Source: the human T2T-CHM13v2.0 reference genome, Homo sapiens | NCBI RefSeq assembly: GCF_009914755.1 | Contig: NC_060925.1 | Length of the DNA: 64,000 nucleotides | Reading direction: 5' to 3' (one strand) | Part shown: positions 28,787 to 43,163 of the stretch, one piece after another | Layout of the letters: every line of letters starts with the position of its first letter | Numbering within the stretch: the first letter of the stretch is position 1 | Made by a program: the position numbers and the translations under genes | Notes under the pieces: model-generated | Seen by the model: the letters and a program-made list of their open reading frames with translations, nothing else | Told to the model about the DNA's origin: nothing | Database searches by the model: none

Positions 28787-29325
28787 AGTGGTGGTTCTTA
28801 ACTGTGGCTGTAAAATTTTGATGTTCTTCTTATTGAAAGGCAGGATCTATGGCCCCCTCTTTGAGTGTGGGTGACCTTGCAATAATTTGCCTAACTGACC
28901 GTGGTGGAGGGGACACTGTGGGACTTCGAGAGTAAGTCAAAGTCATGTGGCTTCCACCTCGTTTTCTGGAACCTTCACTCTTGGAGCTCCAGGCTGCAAG
29001 GCAAAAGTATGACTTCCATGAGGCCATGATCCAGTGGGGAGCCCCAGCCCGTGGAGAAAGCACAAGGCAATGGGCTGGTTAGCAAGCCAAGCTCAGCTCA
29101 GCCTTGTGAGTATCAGTCCAAGCGCCAGCCATATGGGGCGTCAGGGGATTCCAACTCCTGGCCATTAGCGTGTTCTCAGCTGAGGCCCAAACACGGTGGA
29201 TCAGAAACAAGCCAGCTCAGCTCAGCCTTGTCCAAATTCATGAGCCACAAAATTCATGAGGATCATAAAAATGGTTATTGGATTACTAAGTTTGAGAGTG
29301 TTTTGCTGTGCCACATTAGATAAGA
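28787..29325 (+). mobile_element. MLT1 (F/G/H-type) MaLR LTR
   Basis: GGATCTATG.CCCC.C.TTGA, GGAGCTCCAG; 3' ACTAAGTTTG.G.GTG.TTTG..ATTAGATAA. Confidence 0.7.
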
Positions 29326-29789
29326 GAGGGCACTTGGAAAAGGACTTCTCCAGCCCAATATTACCCGGCTGATGCTGCTGACCTTGTTAACAGGCCAGCA
29401 ACTGCCCTTGAGGAACATGAAGTCCCACTTAAAGGAATTACCTTTGTTAATAGACTTCAGGCCCATTGGACACAGGGAAAGAATCTGGGTTCTTCCCAAA
29501 GTTTTTTGTAATTGGATATGGCTTTTAATTTGCAGAGCATTTGTAAATAATCTATAGAAGTCCTCTTGATTTTCCCAACTAGACTTTAAGTGTCTGGGGG
29601 CCAAGGAATGTCTTGTTTCCTTTGTTCTCTAACCCTCTGGCAGCAACTGAAGTAGCGCTTGGCATCTCACAGGGACTCGGTGGGTAGCTCGATTACTCCT
29701 GGAGCCCCTCAGGGCGGATGTCCTGTGTGACTTTGGATGCTTGATTACTTGGTTTGGCTTCTATGCCCATTGCTTTTAATCTGGGGAAG

Positions 29790-29995
29790 TGGCATGGGGT
29801 AGGGAAAGGGGAATGGAAAGAACTGGAAGTTAGGAGTCGGGAGACCAGGAGTTAAACCAGGCTTCTGGCCCTGACCACTTCTGTGATCTTGTCAGGCATC
29901 CACTTCTCAGAGGCTCACTTCAAGTCTAGGAAATGGGATCACAGTTTATCCCGGGGTTGCTCTGAAGTTTGAATGAAGTGCTATAGGTAAAAAGG
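29790..29995 (+). mobile_element. MIR
   Basis: GGAGTC.GGAGACC.GG.GTT..CTGTGATCTTG..CACTTCTC.GAG.CTCA. Confidence 0.65.
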
Positions 29996-30104
29996 CTTTT
30001 CAAATTAAAATCACTATGCAAATAAAAGTAAAGCATTATTATTATCTGTAGTATGCATTTGCATAAATTCCGTCTTCTCTAGGCCTCCATGAAATGGGGA
30101 TAAT

Positions 30105-30730
30105 AATAGTTATTACCTCTCGCCAGGATTACTGCAATACCCTCCTAACTGGTCTTCGTATTTCTATTTTTGCACTTTTAAAAGTCATTCTTTGCATAGC
30201 AGCTGGGCTATCTTTTTAATATGCAAATCATGCCACATCCTTCTCCTGTTTAAAAATCCTTCAATGGCTTCAGATTGTGCTTAAAATAAAATTGAAAGTC
30301 CATGTCAGAGTCCGCAGGGCCCTGTACCATCTGGCCCCTGCCTACTGTTCCGCCCTCCACCCTGAACGTCCCGAACTCCAGCGGCACTGCCTTCTCTAGG
30401 TTTCTGGAACTTAGCAAGAGCTTGACAGCCCCAGGACATTTGCACTCACTATTCATGGCTGGTTTCATCTCCTGGTGCTGGTCTCAGGGTGTACATCAGC
30501 CCTTTGAAGAGAGTGTCCTTGACCACTCTTCCCAAAGTAGCCCTCAACTGATTCTTAATCACTTTCTAAAATAATATTGTTCAATGTTTACTTACTTGTT
30601 CTCTGTTTCCCACCACTAAAATGTGAGTTCCATGAGAGCAGGGGCCTTGACCCTCCTGTCAAGCGTAGCACCCAGCACACAGCAGGCCTTCAATAAATAT
30701 TTGTTGATGAATGAATGAGTAAATGATTGA
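30105..30730 (+). mobile_element. L2 3' end
   Basis: GATTACTGCAATA.CCTCCTAACTGGTCT; terminal CAATAAATATTTGTTGATGAATGAATGA. Confidence 0.85.
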
Positions 30731-31057
30731 AAATATCAGAGTCCCCTACCCTGCCCACCACCACAGTATAGAAAGTTCACATCTGCTCAGTGCTCCAGGG
30801 AGAAAAGCCTGTGGAGAAGAGGATGACAGTGGTGATTGTGTGAGGTATCATTATGTGAACCAGATGTGAGGGCTGCTGGCCCAGAGTCCCCGCTCCCCAT
30901 GTGCTGGGCCGACCTGCGTTCATTGGCTGAGATTACCCTTATGAGGAAGGGCAGCATCAAGCGCAAGTTCTTCAGTAACCTGTGGCCTTCTCGGGTCCTT
31001 GGTCACAATGGCTACTTTTTTTCCCCAAGAGCTCACAAGTGCTGTCACCGAAGCTGA

Positions 31058-31415
<358 letters not shown>

Positions 31416-32926
31416 CCAGTGCATTCTTCAGAGTCATTCCTCTCAAGATTTATCCGTGACATCTTTACAATGAGGACAGAGCTCCTCTCCTCAGATAGGG
31501 CTGTGATAGGACAAGCAGAAAATGGGTCAAGAAGGGGAGTAAATGCATGCAGGGGAGTGGGAGACGGCAGGCTTCCTGCTATGCTTGCTGCTTGCAGCTG
31601 TCACACCCACACATCATGTCCCAGGCTTGTTAGTAGATAGAGGGAAGACGCTGTAACAAAGGGACCCCAAAACATGTGGCCCAGAGTGTGGGTAACGCTG
31701 CAGCAGGTCATCATCCAGAGGCCCGGTTCCCTTTCACGAGCCCTGGGGAACCATCCTCAATCACATGAAGCAGGGGTGAGTGAGGGGCAAGCGTGGTCCT
31801 GTTAAGAACATAACTCAGAAGTAGACCACATCACTTCTGCTTGCATCCTTTTTGTGCAACCTTCACCTAAGGGCCATATCTTGTTCAAGGGAGGCTGAAG
31901 AACGTCATATCCCTGTGCGTAGCTGTGAGCCCTGTGCTCAGGGGCTTCTGTTATCAAGAGCAAGAGGGTGATGAATATCAAAGGACAATTTATAGTCATT
32001 ATCTCACTTTCAGACAGTAGCTGAGCAAACTTTGAAGTCCCTGGAACCGTCCCCAAACATGTAGAGGTGACTTTCACAATGGAATCAAGAAGGCGGAGGA
32101 AAAGACAAGCATCGCTTTAAGAAAACTGAAAGAGATATCCAAAGTTTTTTGGCAAAACTCCTCCAAAATACTACTACCTAATTTTTTTTCTGTCATGAAA
32201 ACATCAATTTTCACTACAATCTAGTAGTTACCAGGATCATGACCTTTAACAGATTTATCCTTTTTGGATTGAACTCTTGGATTTTGGATTTTAGTCTAGG
32301 GGGAATTTTTTTGAGATGAAAAGTTTGAAAACACTCCATTTGGCAGATTCTAGAGCAGAGAAACAAAAATCTCTCTTATGTAACATATTTTGGGATTTCT
32401 TTACATTTGGTTAACTCAGGGGTCACTGCATTATTACGAACACTTGGGGCATAAGGATGGGCATTGGAATTTGTGCTTCATATTACAAACTATTGCTGCT
32501 AAGAATTCCCGAGCATAAACCTGGTCAGCCCAGGATACAACTGGGCAGCTTTTCAGACAGTACATCTCGCTTTTCTGTTTACCATATGGGAGAGCAACAT
32601 GAAATGCCTGGAACATGTATCTGTAAGGCATGCTAATTGCAGCATTGCTGCCGGCCCACGGGCTAGGATGGAAACAGCAGTCTGCTTGCCCTTGGGTTGT
32701 TGTTATTGTTCTTGTTTTTGTTTTCGTTTTTGCTGTTCTTTTCGGGGCCTCAGTTTCTGACTCTATGCAATGAGATTAGTCATAACTTATGGGCATCTTG
32801 TAAAAATCATCTACTTTTGTGACCTGGCAGATCTTGTTTTTTTCTCTTCCATGGTATGAGAGGGTCACACTGCACCAGAGTTTACCAGACTGTATTTTGG
32901 GGATCCCCAGAGTTCTGTGAAGGTTC

Positions 32927-33977
32927 TGTTATAGTAGGTAGCTAGTCAGGCATGAGCAGGACAGGAGGGGGCTCCCCAGCCAGCCCTGACACACCCACCA
33001 GAAATGTCAGGTGACCATCAGGTGACAGGCAGCTGGCTGTTAACGATCGCTCTAAAATAGTAATTGGTCGCAGCCAGCGCCAGGCAAGGGCAGTCTCCCA
33101 ATAGATAGAAAATACCTGAAACTGGTGATCAGCAGCTTCCAGATAAGATCTCAGGAGTTGGGTGAGTGGACCCAACACGCGCACTAAAAGGCAAATGGCG
33201 GCGTTTAACTGGTATATGACCTTCTTCTAGGAACGCTGGACTGGTAAGGGACAGACGCCTCAAGTGGGCATGTGCATGACTCCAGTAAACGCACTGCACA
33301 CAAGACCCCTCCCAGGTGCTGGCAGGCCACTGCACATGCAGACAGCCAACCCCAAGGGAAGAATCAGGGGAGATGTACCACACGACCCCAGAAACATGCC
33401 AACGTATAAAACCCCAAATCAAAGGCCAAACCCTGCACTGGACCTCTCAAGTCGCCTGCTTGGCCCTCTTCCAAGTGTACTTACTTCCTTTCATTCCTGC
33501 CCTAAAGCTTTTTAATAAACTTTCACTCCTGCTCTAAAACCTTGCCTCATGGGCGGGTGCATTGGCTCACCCCTGTAATCCCAGCACTTTGGGTGGCCGA
33601 GGCAGGTGGATCACCTGAGGTCAGGAGTTCGAGACCAGCCTGGCCACCAATATGGTGAAACCCCATCTCTACTGAAAATAAAAATTTAGCTGGGCGCGGT
33701 GGCATGCACCTGCAGTCCCAGCTACTCAGGAGGCTGAGGCAGGAGAATCGCTTGAACCCAGGAAGCGGAGGTTGCAGCGAGCTGAGATCATGCCACTACA
33801 CTCCAGCCTTGATGACAGAGTGAGACTCCGTCTCAAAACAAACAAACAAACAAAACACCTTGCCTCAGTTTTCCCTTACACCTTATGACTTATGCCCCTC
33901 AGTTGAATTCTTTCTTCTGAGGAGGCAAGAATCGAGGTTGCTGCAGACTGCACAGATACGGATTTGCTGCAGTAACA
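32927..33977 (+). mobile_element. MER50-like ERV1 solo LTR with inserted Alu
   Basis: TGTTA..TAACA ends; 4-bp TSD GTTC/GTAC; TATAAAA at 33405; AATAAA at 33514. Confidence 0.82.
33551..33856 (+). mobile_element. AluSx/Sz with (AAAC)n tail
   Basis: Full dimer; TSD ACCTTGCCTCA at 33539-33549 and 33857-33867. Confidence 0.93.
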
Positions 33978-34512
33978 GTACCTCAGATCTCTCTGGCTGG
34001 TTGGGCTAAGAAAGGACGCCAGGCTTACCTTGTACAGCTCACTTTGAAGCTCTGCTGTATTTGTTTGATAATCCGAGATGTATGATTACACTGGAAAAAT
34101 AAAGGGCTTGATTCTTTAAAAACATCAGCAGGCTACCATGCTAGAATAATCTTTAAAATCATTTCTAGTTCCAAAACTGTGAGAGTCAGAGAGGTCAGAG
34201 AAGTGAGCCTAGAAGATAATGTCTGTTGACAGCTGCCAGGTGTTCAAGGTGGAGCCGGGAGGTAGCAAGGTGTGGAGGAAGGATGTGGGTGATGTGTACA
34301 TAGGAAGGCATCTGCAAGCAGCTGGTGGTGAATAAACCCTATATGGAGGCCCTCTAGGCTCATGTGGAAGGAAATGGATCTTGGAGTTAGGAGACAGAAG
34401 TTAAGAGCCAAGCTGCTCTTCCATGAGTCAAGTGATCTCCAATGAACTGCTTACCCTCTGAGTCTTGATTTCTTCATCTATGAAAGTCAGGAGGTGGGGG
34501 TGGGGGTATTAG

Positions 34513-35293
34513 ACAAGTCCATAATACCCTATGCATATTTCTAAAGTTCCCCAAACCAAAAAAGTATTTATCCACTTAGTACTAACTGTTTTGGTGGCAA
34601 AATTTCATATGAACAAACAGGAGGTTATATATATTCTATATGTATCCCTGTCTAAGTCTGTTTTGTGCTGCTGACCTGAGGCTGGGTAATTTATAAAGAA
34701 AAGAGGTTTCTTTGGCTCACAGTTCCACAGGCTATACAAGAAGCATGGCGCTGACATCTGCTTTTGGTGAGGACCTCAGGAAGCTCCCAATCATGGCAGA
34801 AAGTGAAGGGGGAGCAGGCATGTCACATGGCAAGAAAGAGGGAGCAAGAGGGCGGGGAGAAGGTGTCAGACTCCTTCAAACAACCAGCTCTCAGCTCTCA
34901 CGTGAACTCATAGAATAAAAATCACTCATTATCTTGGGGAAGGGCATCAAGCCATTCATGAGGGATCAGCCCCCCATGACCAAACACCTCCCACTAGGCC
35001 CCACCTCCAACACTGGGGATCAAATTTCACATGAGGCTTGGGGAGGACAAATATCCAAACTATATAAATCCCTCAGTGCAATTACATATCTATATCTAGA
35101 CATCTATCTCTACACACACGCATCCTGTTTCATTTCAGAAGTGTTCGTGTGTTTAATTATGGGTGCTATGTCAGACTCACTCAGTGTTCAATAATTTGTG
35201 GTATATGCATGCTTGATCTTTCTGAAATCTGAGGAATCCTGAAGTCCAAACACATTTGTTCCCAGTAGTTTTAGATAAGGGGCAGGAGTCCTG
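34513..35293 (+). mobile_element. MER46C-like Tigger MITE split by an MST LTR
   Basis: 3' end TCTGAAATCTGA..AAACACAT.TG..CCCA..TTT.AGATAAGGG..CCTG followed by TA. Confidence 0.6.
34649..35067 (-). mobile_element. MST (MSTB-like) MaLR solo LTR
   Basis: GGCTGGGTAATTTATAAAGAAAAGAGG..CCCCACCTCCAACACTGGGGATCAAATTTC; perfect TSD ATCCC. Confidence 0.9.
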
Positions 35294-35410
35294 TAATACT
35301 TCTTGACCTGCCCTTCAGGCCTGTGGTGCAGACTGCACAAGCCACTAGCCATGGCACACATGGTAAGCTGTGAAGCCCCGGGTATAAAGGACAACATTCC
35401 CCAGGGCCAC

Positions 35411-35768
35411 TGCATTAGTCTGCTAGGGCTGCCATATCAGAGCCGCTTAGACTGGGTGGCTTACACAACAGACATGTATTTTCTTGTGATTCTGCAAAGC
35501 TGGAAGTCCAAGATCAAGGTGTTACCAGGGTAGCTTCTCCTTGGCTTGCAGTTGGTCATTTTCTCCCTGTGTCCTCACACAATTTCCCTGTTTGTGTTTG
35601 TGTCCAGTCTCCTCTTCTTATAAGGACACCAGTCAGATTGGATTAGCCCATCCCTGTTTTAACTCAATTACCTCTTCAAGATCCTGTTTCCAAATACAGT
35701 CACATTCTGAGGTCCTGAGGATTAAGAATTCAAGATGAATTTGGGGGGACACAATTCAGTCCATGAAG
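35411..35768 (-). mobile_element. MLT1A0-like MaLR LTR
   Basis: TTAGTCTGCTAGGGCTGCCATA..GGAAGTCCAAGATCAAGGTG..GGGGGGACACAATTCAGTCCAT. Confidence 0.85.
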
Positions 35769-37471
35769 TCAACATTTAGGCCATTCCAGCCGCCAGGTCT
35801 CCTGGCTTAGTGTTTAAACCTGTGACTTTCTACGCTTTACACATAACAGCATACCTAAATTCAGGCAAAAGCTGGGTGGTGATGGAGACATGCCTTTCCT
35901 GCCTGCAAACTGTGGCTGTATGATTCCCCTGCGGGCGAGCCTCTGGGAGTTTAGAGTGTCTCATTAGAAGAGCCACACTGAGAGAAGTCCTAATAAATAA
36001 TTAGAAGTACATCTGCTAACTCTGTGGAACTTCGGCCCAGGCCCCGCACCAGGCCAGTGTGAAAGGGAGGTTAATCAGCCGGCACCCCGGCGGGGTTTCC
36101 CTTTGTCCATCACACCTCGGGACAGGGGGAGGGGAGGGAGGAAGGAGGTGCCTCAGGTCCTGGTGCCCCCGAGGCCTGGTGAGGCCACTCGCTCTGCCCT
36201 GTAACTTCAATGAAGGGCACAGCTGGGAAGAGGATGACCAAATGGAAGACACTGTCTTTCCTGGCAGACCATCCGTCTCTGTTTATTGTCCTGTGTTTTC
36301 TGATGGGGCCACACTGGGGTTTGGCCAGCAGTGGCAGGCCCCCTTGTGTGTCTGTAATAAGACAAGCAGTGGAGTCTGTCGGTCAACAAATATTTATTGA
36401 CCTCCTGAGGTCACAGAGCCCGGGGCCTGACTCTGAGGAGACACTCTGGCTACAGCCATTGTTCACCAGGCAAACACCCAGGCAGCGGAAGGCCCAGATG
36501 TCCTCCTCAGCCTCGAGCAAGGGCTGCAGGCCAACACCACGTCAGATGGCAGCTCCTTTCATGGGCTTTCCTAGGGCTCTGGAGATGGTCCAACCAGAAA
36601 CCATTACTAAGGGGTTACTTTACCGAGTATCTTGGTGTCTGGCACAGGGTTGGGCTCACAGAGCTAATGCAGAAATGAACCCACCTTCGTTGGCCAATAA
36701 CAGATGCTCTTCCCGCCTCTAACAAAGCCCTCACAGCCTTCATGCCTGCAGATTTTTCACAAGCTGTACCCTTTCTCAGGGGCATTTTGCTTTCTAACAG
36801 CATCAAAACACCACACTGAAGGGACTAGACCAGAGCTGTGAGTGGACTCCCGGGCATGAGCACAAGGAATATTTTTTCTAGTCAGGGTTTTACAGGCCCC
36901 AAAACAATATTATGTAAGCATGCATAGCTGGCTCTTGTTCTGTTACACTCACTTATGTATTTTCTTCTGCTGAAAGTGTGGACTTATGTGTGTGGCATTA
37001 AGGAAAGAGAGAGCATCAGTCACCCTGAGATAATCATGCGTCCTTGGGGGCTTCCAGTATGGCTGAGAGAGATAAGGAAGGCTGGGGTAAAACAGCGCTT
37101 CTCTGCTTTTTACCTCTGCTTCTCCATGAGATAGAGGGTAATGGCGTTTTGTTCCTTCCACAAGTGACGCACTTTCAAGATGGAAGAAGATACACTGTGA
37201 ATAGACATCGGGACACCCTTGGCTGTTCTGTGCTTCCCCGGCCCACCTGGGGAAGCCAGAGGTCTCTGTCCCTTGGCTGCTCATGTAAAGAGGTCCCTTG
37301 GCCTGGCTTGGGGCAGAGATTCTCTGCAGAAGTGGGCCGAACACAGACGTGAGGGGTACGCGTAGGAGGATTCGTTCACACACCTGTTACTGCTCGATTC
37401 AGCTGCTTTTGTCCATCGCATCAAGACCCTGTAGGAGCAAGTTCTAAAGACTTGAAAGCTAACACCAGTGT

Positions 37472-37730
37472 CTTTTCTTTCTTTCTTTCTTTTTTGAGAC
37501 AAGGTCTCACTCTGTTGCTCAGGCTGGAGTGCAGTGGTGTGATCACGGCTCACTGTAGCCTCAACTTCCTGGGCTCAAACAATCCTCCCGCCTCAGCCTC
37601 CCAAGTAGCTGAGTGAAAACACACCACCAACCCTGGCTGATTTTTTATGCTTTTCTAGAGACGGGGTTTTGCCATGTTGCCCAGGCTGGCCTCCCATAGT
37701 GCTGGGATTGCAGGTGTGAGCCACCACGCC
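37472..37730 (-). mobile_element. AluJ with internal left-arm deletion
   Basis: J-type CACGGCTCACTGTAGCCTCAAC; CCAGGCTGG joins directly to CCTCCC. Confidence 0.85.
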
Positions 37731-37904
37731 CTTCTTGCCAGTGTTTTCTCAAATTCCTTACATCTGTTTTGGCTTCAGAGTCCCTTCAGACCTTCTGCCA
37801 GGGAGTGTAAAGTGCCCCCTAACCCTCCTTTGCACTGGCCATGGGTCCTGCTGTACTTTCAGAATGCTGCCCAAGCATAGTGCCTGCGCCTCAGGGACCT
37901 GCAG

Positions 37905-38030
37905 GATGTGCATGTGTGAGTGTGTACGGCCTGTGTGCCAGTGTGTTTGGTGTGTGTGTGTGATGTGTGAGAGGATGTGTGGTGTGAAGGGTGTGATGGT
38001 GTGAGTGTGAGAGTGTGTGTGAGTGTGTAC
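37905..38030. repeat. Degenerate TG-rich tract
   Basis: Interrupted (TG)n. Confidence 0.85.
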
Positions 38031-38074
38031 ATGAGGCTAACAATGACTGCACACTTCCTCTGTATCTGACACAT

Positions 38075-38262
38075 CCCTAGGGTTTTCGCACACATGACTT
38101 CATTTTGTCCTTACACAAGCCTGTCAAGCATGCATTATTCTCATGTCATAGAGAAGGAAACCGAGAATTACAGGGACTTCTAACTTACCCAAGATCACAC
38201 AGCTGTTAAATAGGCAATAGTACCTGGCTTTGTCTGTCCAATTCCTAAGCCAAGATTCTTTC
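38075..38262 (-). mobile_element. MIR
   Basis: ATTATTCTCAT..ATAGA.AAGGAAAC.GAG..TAACTTACCCAAGATCACACAGCT. Confidence 0.72.
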
Positions 38263-39749
38263 CCCAGTGTGTGTCCTCCTACCAGCGAACTCAGCTAACA
38301 ATGTGTGGAAATGTGTGTCCCATTTCAATCAACAACTACAGCTGCCTCCGATGTGGGACACACACCACCACAGCCAAGAATGGAGCGGGGAGTGGGACGT
38401 CCTTGGTCCCGGGTCCCGCCATTGGGAGGCAGAAGCTGGAGGAAGAGCAAAGGGTGCCCCCCTCACCCCCAACCCTCCTGCCTTGATGCCCTAGGGCAGG
38501 GTTGTCTGCAATATGTTTTTCCCACAGGCCTTAGTTCTGTAAGATGAAGAAGTTTTCAGTGAGAAAAAAGAAACCCTCGATCCAATAAAAAAAAACTTGA
38601 GGAAAATGCTAATTTAGACAAACAGGATTTTGTGTCCGAGTGTGTTTTATTTTGTTTTGATTTTATCGCAGGGCTCTTCAAGTCTTTGTTACACTGGCAT
38701 GCACTGTGATTTTCAGAGGAGCTTATAGAACGCAGTGCTTCCCAAACACAACAAATATCACAGGCAAGACTCTCAGATCAGGCGTTGGAAAACTCACCCT
38801 ACACTGCTTCTGTCTTAAGTCCCCTTTGCTGACTGTATTGCTTCATGTCAGCAATCCACATGGGTGGCCAGGTGGCTCTGAGAGAGCTCAGTGCCTTCTA
38901 GGGTCAAAGAGCTCATCTAGGCAGAAGGAAGTGGATGATGCTCACAGGCCCCTCTGGCAGGTTTTGGCCCTATGGCTGGCGAGCAGTGGAGGCATCGGCC
39001 AGGTAAGCGAGTTCTCCTCCTGGTCTCCACCTCCCCTCCTGTGTGGGCATGAGTTAGAACTAGTCTGTGCTGGAGAGGGTGGAATAGGAGGCTGGCTCTG
39101 GGTCACAAGAAAAGGATGACATTCCTTCACAATCCACATGAGATCCTTCCAGGGGAGGAGGACCAGAAAAACATTCTTATCATTATGATCAAGGTGACCC
39201 TATGTTTAGCCTCCTTGTGGTGTGGCTCGAGGAAACACAGATGATGAAAACGCGTTCTGCTCTGTGCGACACAATGGAGCTGATGCCTCCGTTGGCAACC
39301 TGCTGGAGCCATGACTCACGCAGAGGCATTTTGTAATTTGTCTTTGTATCCACAAAGCCTGTTATAGGCCTTGGTATATAGGTGGTGCATAATGAATATT
39401 TGGCGAGCAAAGGGAGCCAGGCAGTGTGTACTGGCTGGCATGCAAGGTGCTGTGGTCAGTCCCATCGAGCAATCCCCTGAGTGGAGAGGGCTGTCCGTCT
39501 CACATAGATCCACCCAGCTCTCCCAGGGAACCACTCACTCTGCCTTTAGCCAAAGGGAAGGGTCCATGGGGTTGGATATGTGTGATCCAGCATATTTCTT
39601 CAAAACTTACCCACTTCCATTGAAGCAGAAAAGTGTTCTCTCTTGTTTTAGAATGAGCAGAGGAAAAGTTAGGATGAGCTTGGAAAGAAAGAGGAGCAGC
39701 AGTTGCCTACCAAGAGTTTGCAACCAGGAATGGGAAAATCATGGCAGGC

Positions 39750-39860
39750 TATTTATTCATTTGTTTGTTTATTTTCTTAGAGATGGGGTCTCACTATGTT
39801 GCCCAGGCTGGACTCGAACTCCCGGTCTCAAGCGATCCTCCAGCTTCAGCCTTCCAAGTA
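39750..39860 (-). mobile_element. FLAM / Alu left monomer
   Basis: AGAGATGGGGTCTCACTATGTTGCCCAGGCTGG..CTCAAGCGATCCTCC; monomer only. Confidence 0.82.
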
Positions 39861-40249
39861 AATATGGCAGGTTTTGAACCATCTTCCACAGTCCCTGAGC
39901 AGAAGACAGTGGCACTGAGCATCCCCAAAGCAGGAGACAAGCAGCCCCATGTGGACATAGCTCCTTGGGTTTCCTAGGGTCTCCTCGGCACTGGGGCCCA
40001 GAGGGCACAGCCCCTGTCCCCGCCTCATGTTGCTGTCTTGACTGGAAGCTGCCCCATCTCTTCTTTACCTGCCTGGACTTCCTTGTCCTGGGGAATGTCA
40101 CCCATGTCAGATCCTCTGGGAGGGCACTGGCTCTTTGCTTGGTTTCAGATAAGCGGCCGTTGGCCCTGTGTATAAGAGGCACATGTGGCAGGATGAGAGG
40201 GAGACTGGTGGGAGGCAGCTGGAGGGACACAGACCCCGCAAACAGACAA

Positions 40250-40430
40250 TAGGCTCAAATCGGGACTCCATAGCGCCCCGGTGGTGTCACCTTGGGTAGA
40301 TTACTGAACTCACAAACTTCTGTTTCCACATCTGTGAGATGGGGATTTAGAACCTATTTCATGGAGTTGTCTCAGGAATGAATGAGAACATGCATGAGAA
40401 GCACTCAGTCAAGGCTCGGTCCCTTTAATA
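40250..40430 (+). mobile_element. MIR
   Basis: CACCTTGGGTAGATTACT.AAC..TGTTTCC.CATCTGT.A.ATGGGGAT. Confidence 0.7.
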
Positions 40431-40894
40431 CCTGGACGCTTTCACAGCCGCCCAGCCTGTGTGTCTCCGCAGACCACAGGCATGCGTCAGTCAGGTTGGG
40501 ACATCTCTCATGGCCCATTTTCCTACCCTCAGCCCCAGTGGTCTTATCTTGCCTGAGGCGTCAATGCTGGAGCTGAAAGGCCAGTGGTGAACACTAAACC
40601 CGGAGCCGCACATTCAGGCCCTGACTGCAGTGAGCATTCACCAGGTACCCGAGTCTTGGCCAAGCCACTGACCTCACTTACAGAATTATGACCTGCTCTT
40701 CCAAAATCAGCTGAGATCATACATGCAAAGGTGCTTCTTAACTGTAAATTTCTAGTCATTTGTAATATCCTAAGACTGACATTTGCTTAGGGTCTCTCCC
40801 TGGCTTAACCCGTAAGTTGGGGAAGATATAAACATAAAAATCAATTGTAGATCTCTTAAAGGGCATAGCTCAGTTAAGAAATAAGAGCTTAGTA

Positions 40895-41192
40895 GGCTGG
40901 ACGTGGTGGCTCATGCCTGTAATACCAGCACTTTGGGAGGCCAAGGCGGGTGGATCACGAGGTCACAAGCTCGAGACCAGCCTGGCCAACATGGTGAAAC
41001 CCCATCTCTACTAAAAATACAAAAAATTAGCCAGGTGTTGTGGTGCACACCTGTAGTCCCAGCTACTCAGGAGGCTAAGGCAGAAGAATGGCTTGAATTT
41101 GGGAAGTGGAGCTTGCAGTGAGCCGAGATTACGCCACTGCACTCCAGCTTGGGCGACAGAGCGAGATTTTGTCTCAAAAAAAAAAAAAAGAG
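40895..41192 (+). mobile_element. AluS/Y-intermediate
   Basis: Full dimer; TSD AGAAATAAGAGCTTAG at 40877-40892 and 41193-41208. Confidence 0.92.
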
Positions 41193-41418
41193 AGAAATAA
41201 GAGCTTAGCATTGGGAGTAGACATTTCAGCTGTCCTCAGGAACTGAAAACCTCAACAGAGAGATAAGACTCGAACAGAGAAACAGGTTTTTAAGAAGTGC
41301 CTAGGACAGAATAGCAAGACCAGCACACCCAGAGAAGAGAACATGTGGAACTGACATGGTCAGTGCCCACCTGAAAAAAAAGGTGGCATTTGAAATGGAC
41401 CTTGAAGAATAGACTTCA

Positions 41419-41753
41419 GTCTGGGCTCAGTGGCTCACACCTTTAATCCCAGCAATTTGGGAGGCCAAGGGGGGGAAGATGGCTTGAGCACAGTAGTTTG
41501 AGACCAGCCTGGGCAACACAGCCAGATTCCATCTCTATTAAAAAAACAAACAAACAAGCAAACAAAAAAAAAACAAAAACAAAAAAAACCAGATAAATTA
41601 GCAGGGCATAGTGGCATGCACCTGTGGTCCCAGCTACTCAGGAGGCTGAGGTGGGAGGATTGCTTGAGCCTGGGAGACTGAGGCTGCAGTGAGCTGTTAT
41701 CGCACTACAACACTCCAGCCTGAGTGACAGAGAATGACTCAAAAAAAAAAAAA
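41419..41753 (+). mobile_element. AluJ with expanded A/C-rich linker
   Basis: J-type GGAGGATTGCTTGAGCCTGGG and GAGGCTGCAGTGAGCTG. Confidence 0.9.
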
Positions 41754-41967
41754 TAGGACTTAAGTGCCCAGGGACCCTACTTTCTTTAACATTTACTTCG
41801 TATGTTCTGATGAATTTCACATTTTTACAGGAGTGGGCTCCAATTTTTAATGAAATCTTGAGCCAAAGCCCCTAATATAAAACCACATGTTGACATTTCA
41901 TTGGCACAAATTTATGCTACTTCAAATCTACAACAGTAGTTAAAAATTCAATTAAGAAATAAGACTG

Positions 41968-42622
<655 letters not shown>

Positions 42623-42840
42623 TCAAAATTTTATTTAGCAAATTAAGAAGTGTTATTTATTTAGTAAGAATTTGAAATACTAATAACAGCCCTACCAACC
42701 AGTTTATTTCTATGGATTGTTTCAGTTGCAGCACTGTGAGAAAGGTTTGGGGCACTCAGATAAGCAACTGTGCATGCTAATGTTTTTTAAATAATTCATT
42801 TTGCAACCTCGAGATGCTTTTTCAGCAAATTGATCTAGGT

Positions 42841-43163
42841 TAAGCATTGGCAAAATTTTCTGTAAAGGATCAAGTACTATATATTTTAGGTTTTGTGGGT
42901 CTTATGGTCTCTGTTACAACTACTTAACTCTGCCTTTCTATCTCAAAAGCAGCCACAGACCACGTGTAAACAAATAAGTGGGGCCATGTTCCAATAAAAC
43001 TTTATTTACAGACACAGAAATTTTAATTTCATATAAATTTCACATTTCACAAAATATTGTTTGTCTTTTTATCACTTTTCAGCCATTTAAAAATGTAAAT
43101 ACTACTCATAGCTGATGGACCATACAGAAACACGCAGTGAGTTTGGTTTTGGCCTAATCCCCT
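42841..43163 (+). mobile_element. MER58B-like hAT MITE
   Basis: TTGGCAAA.TTTTCTGTAAAGG..TGTTCCAATAAAACTTTATTTA..AATTTCATATAA. Confidence 0.82.
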
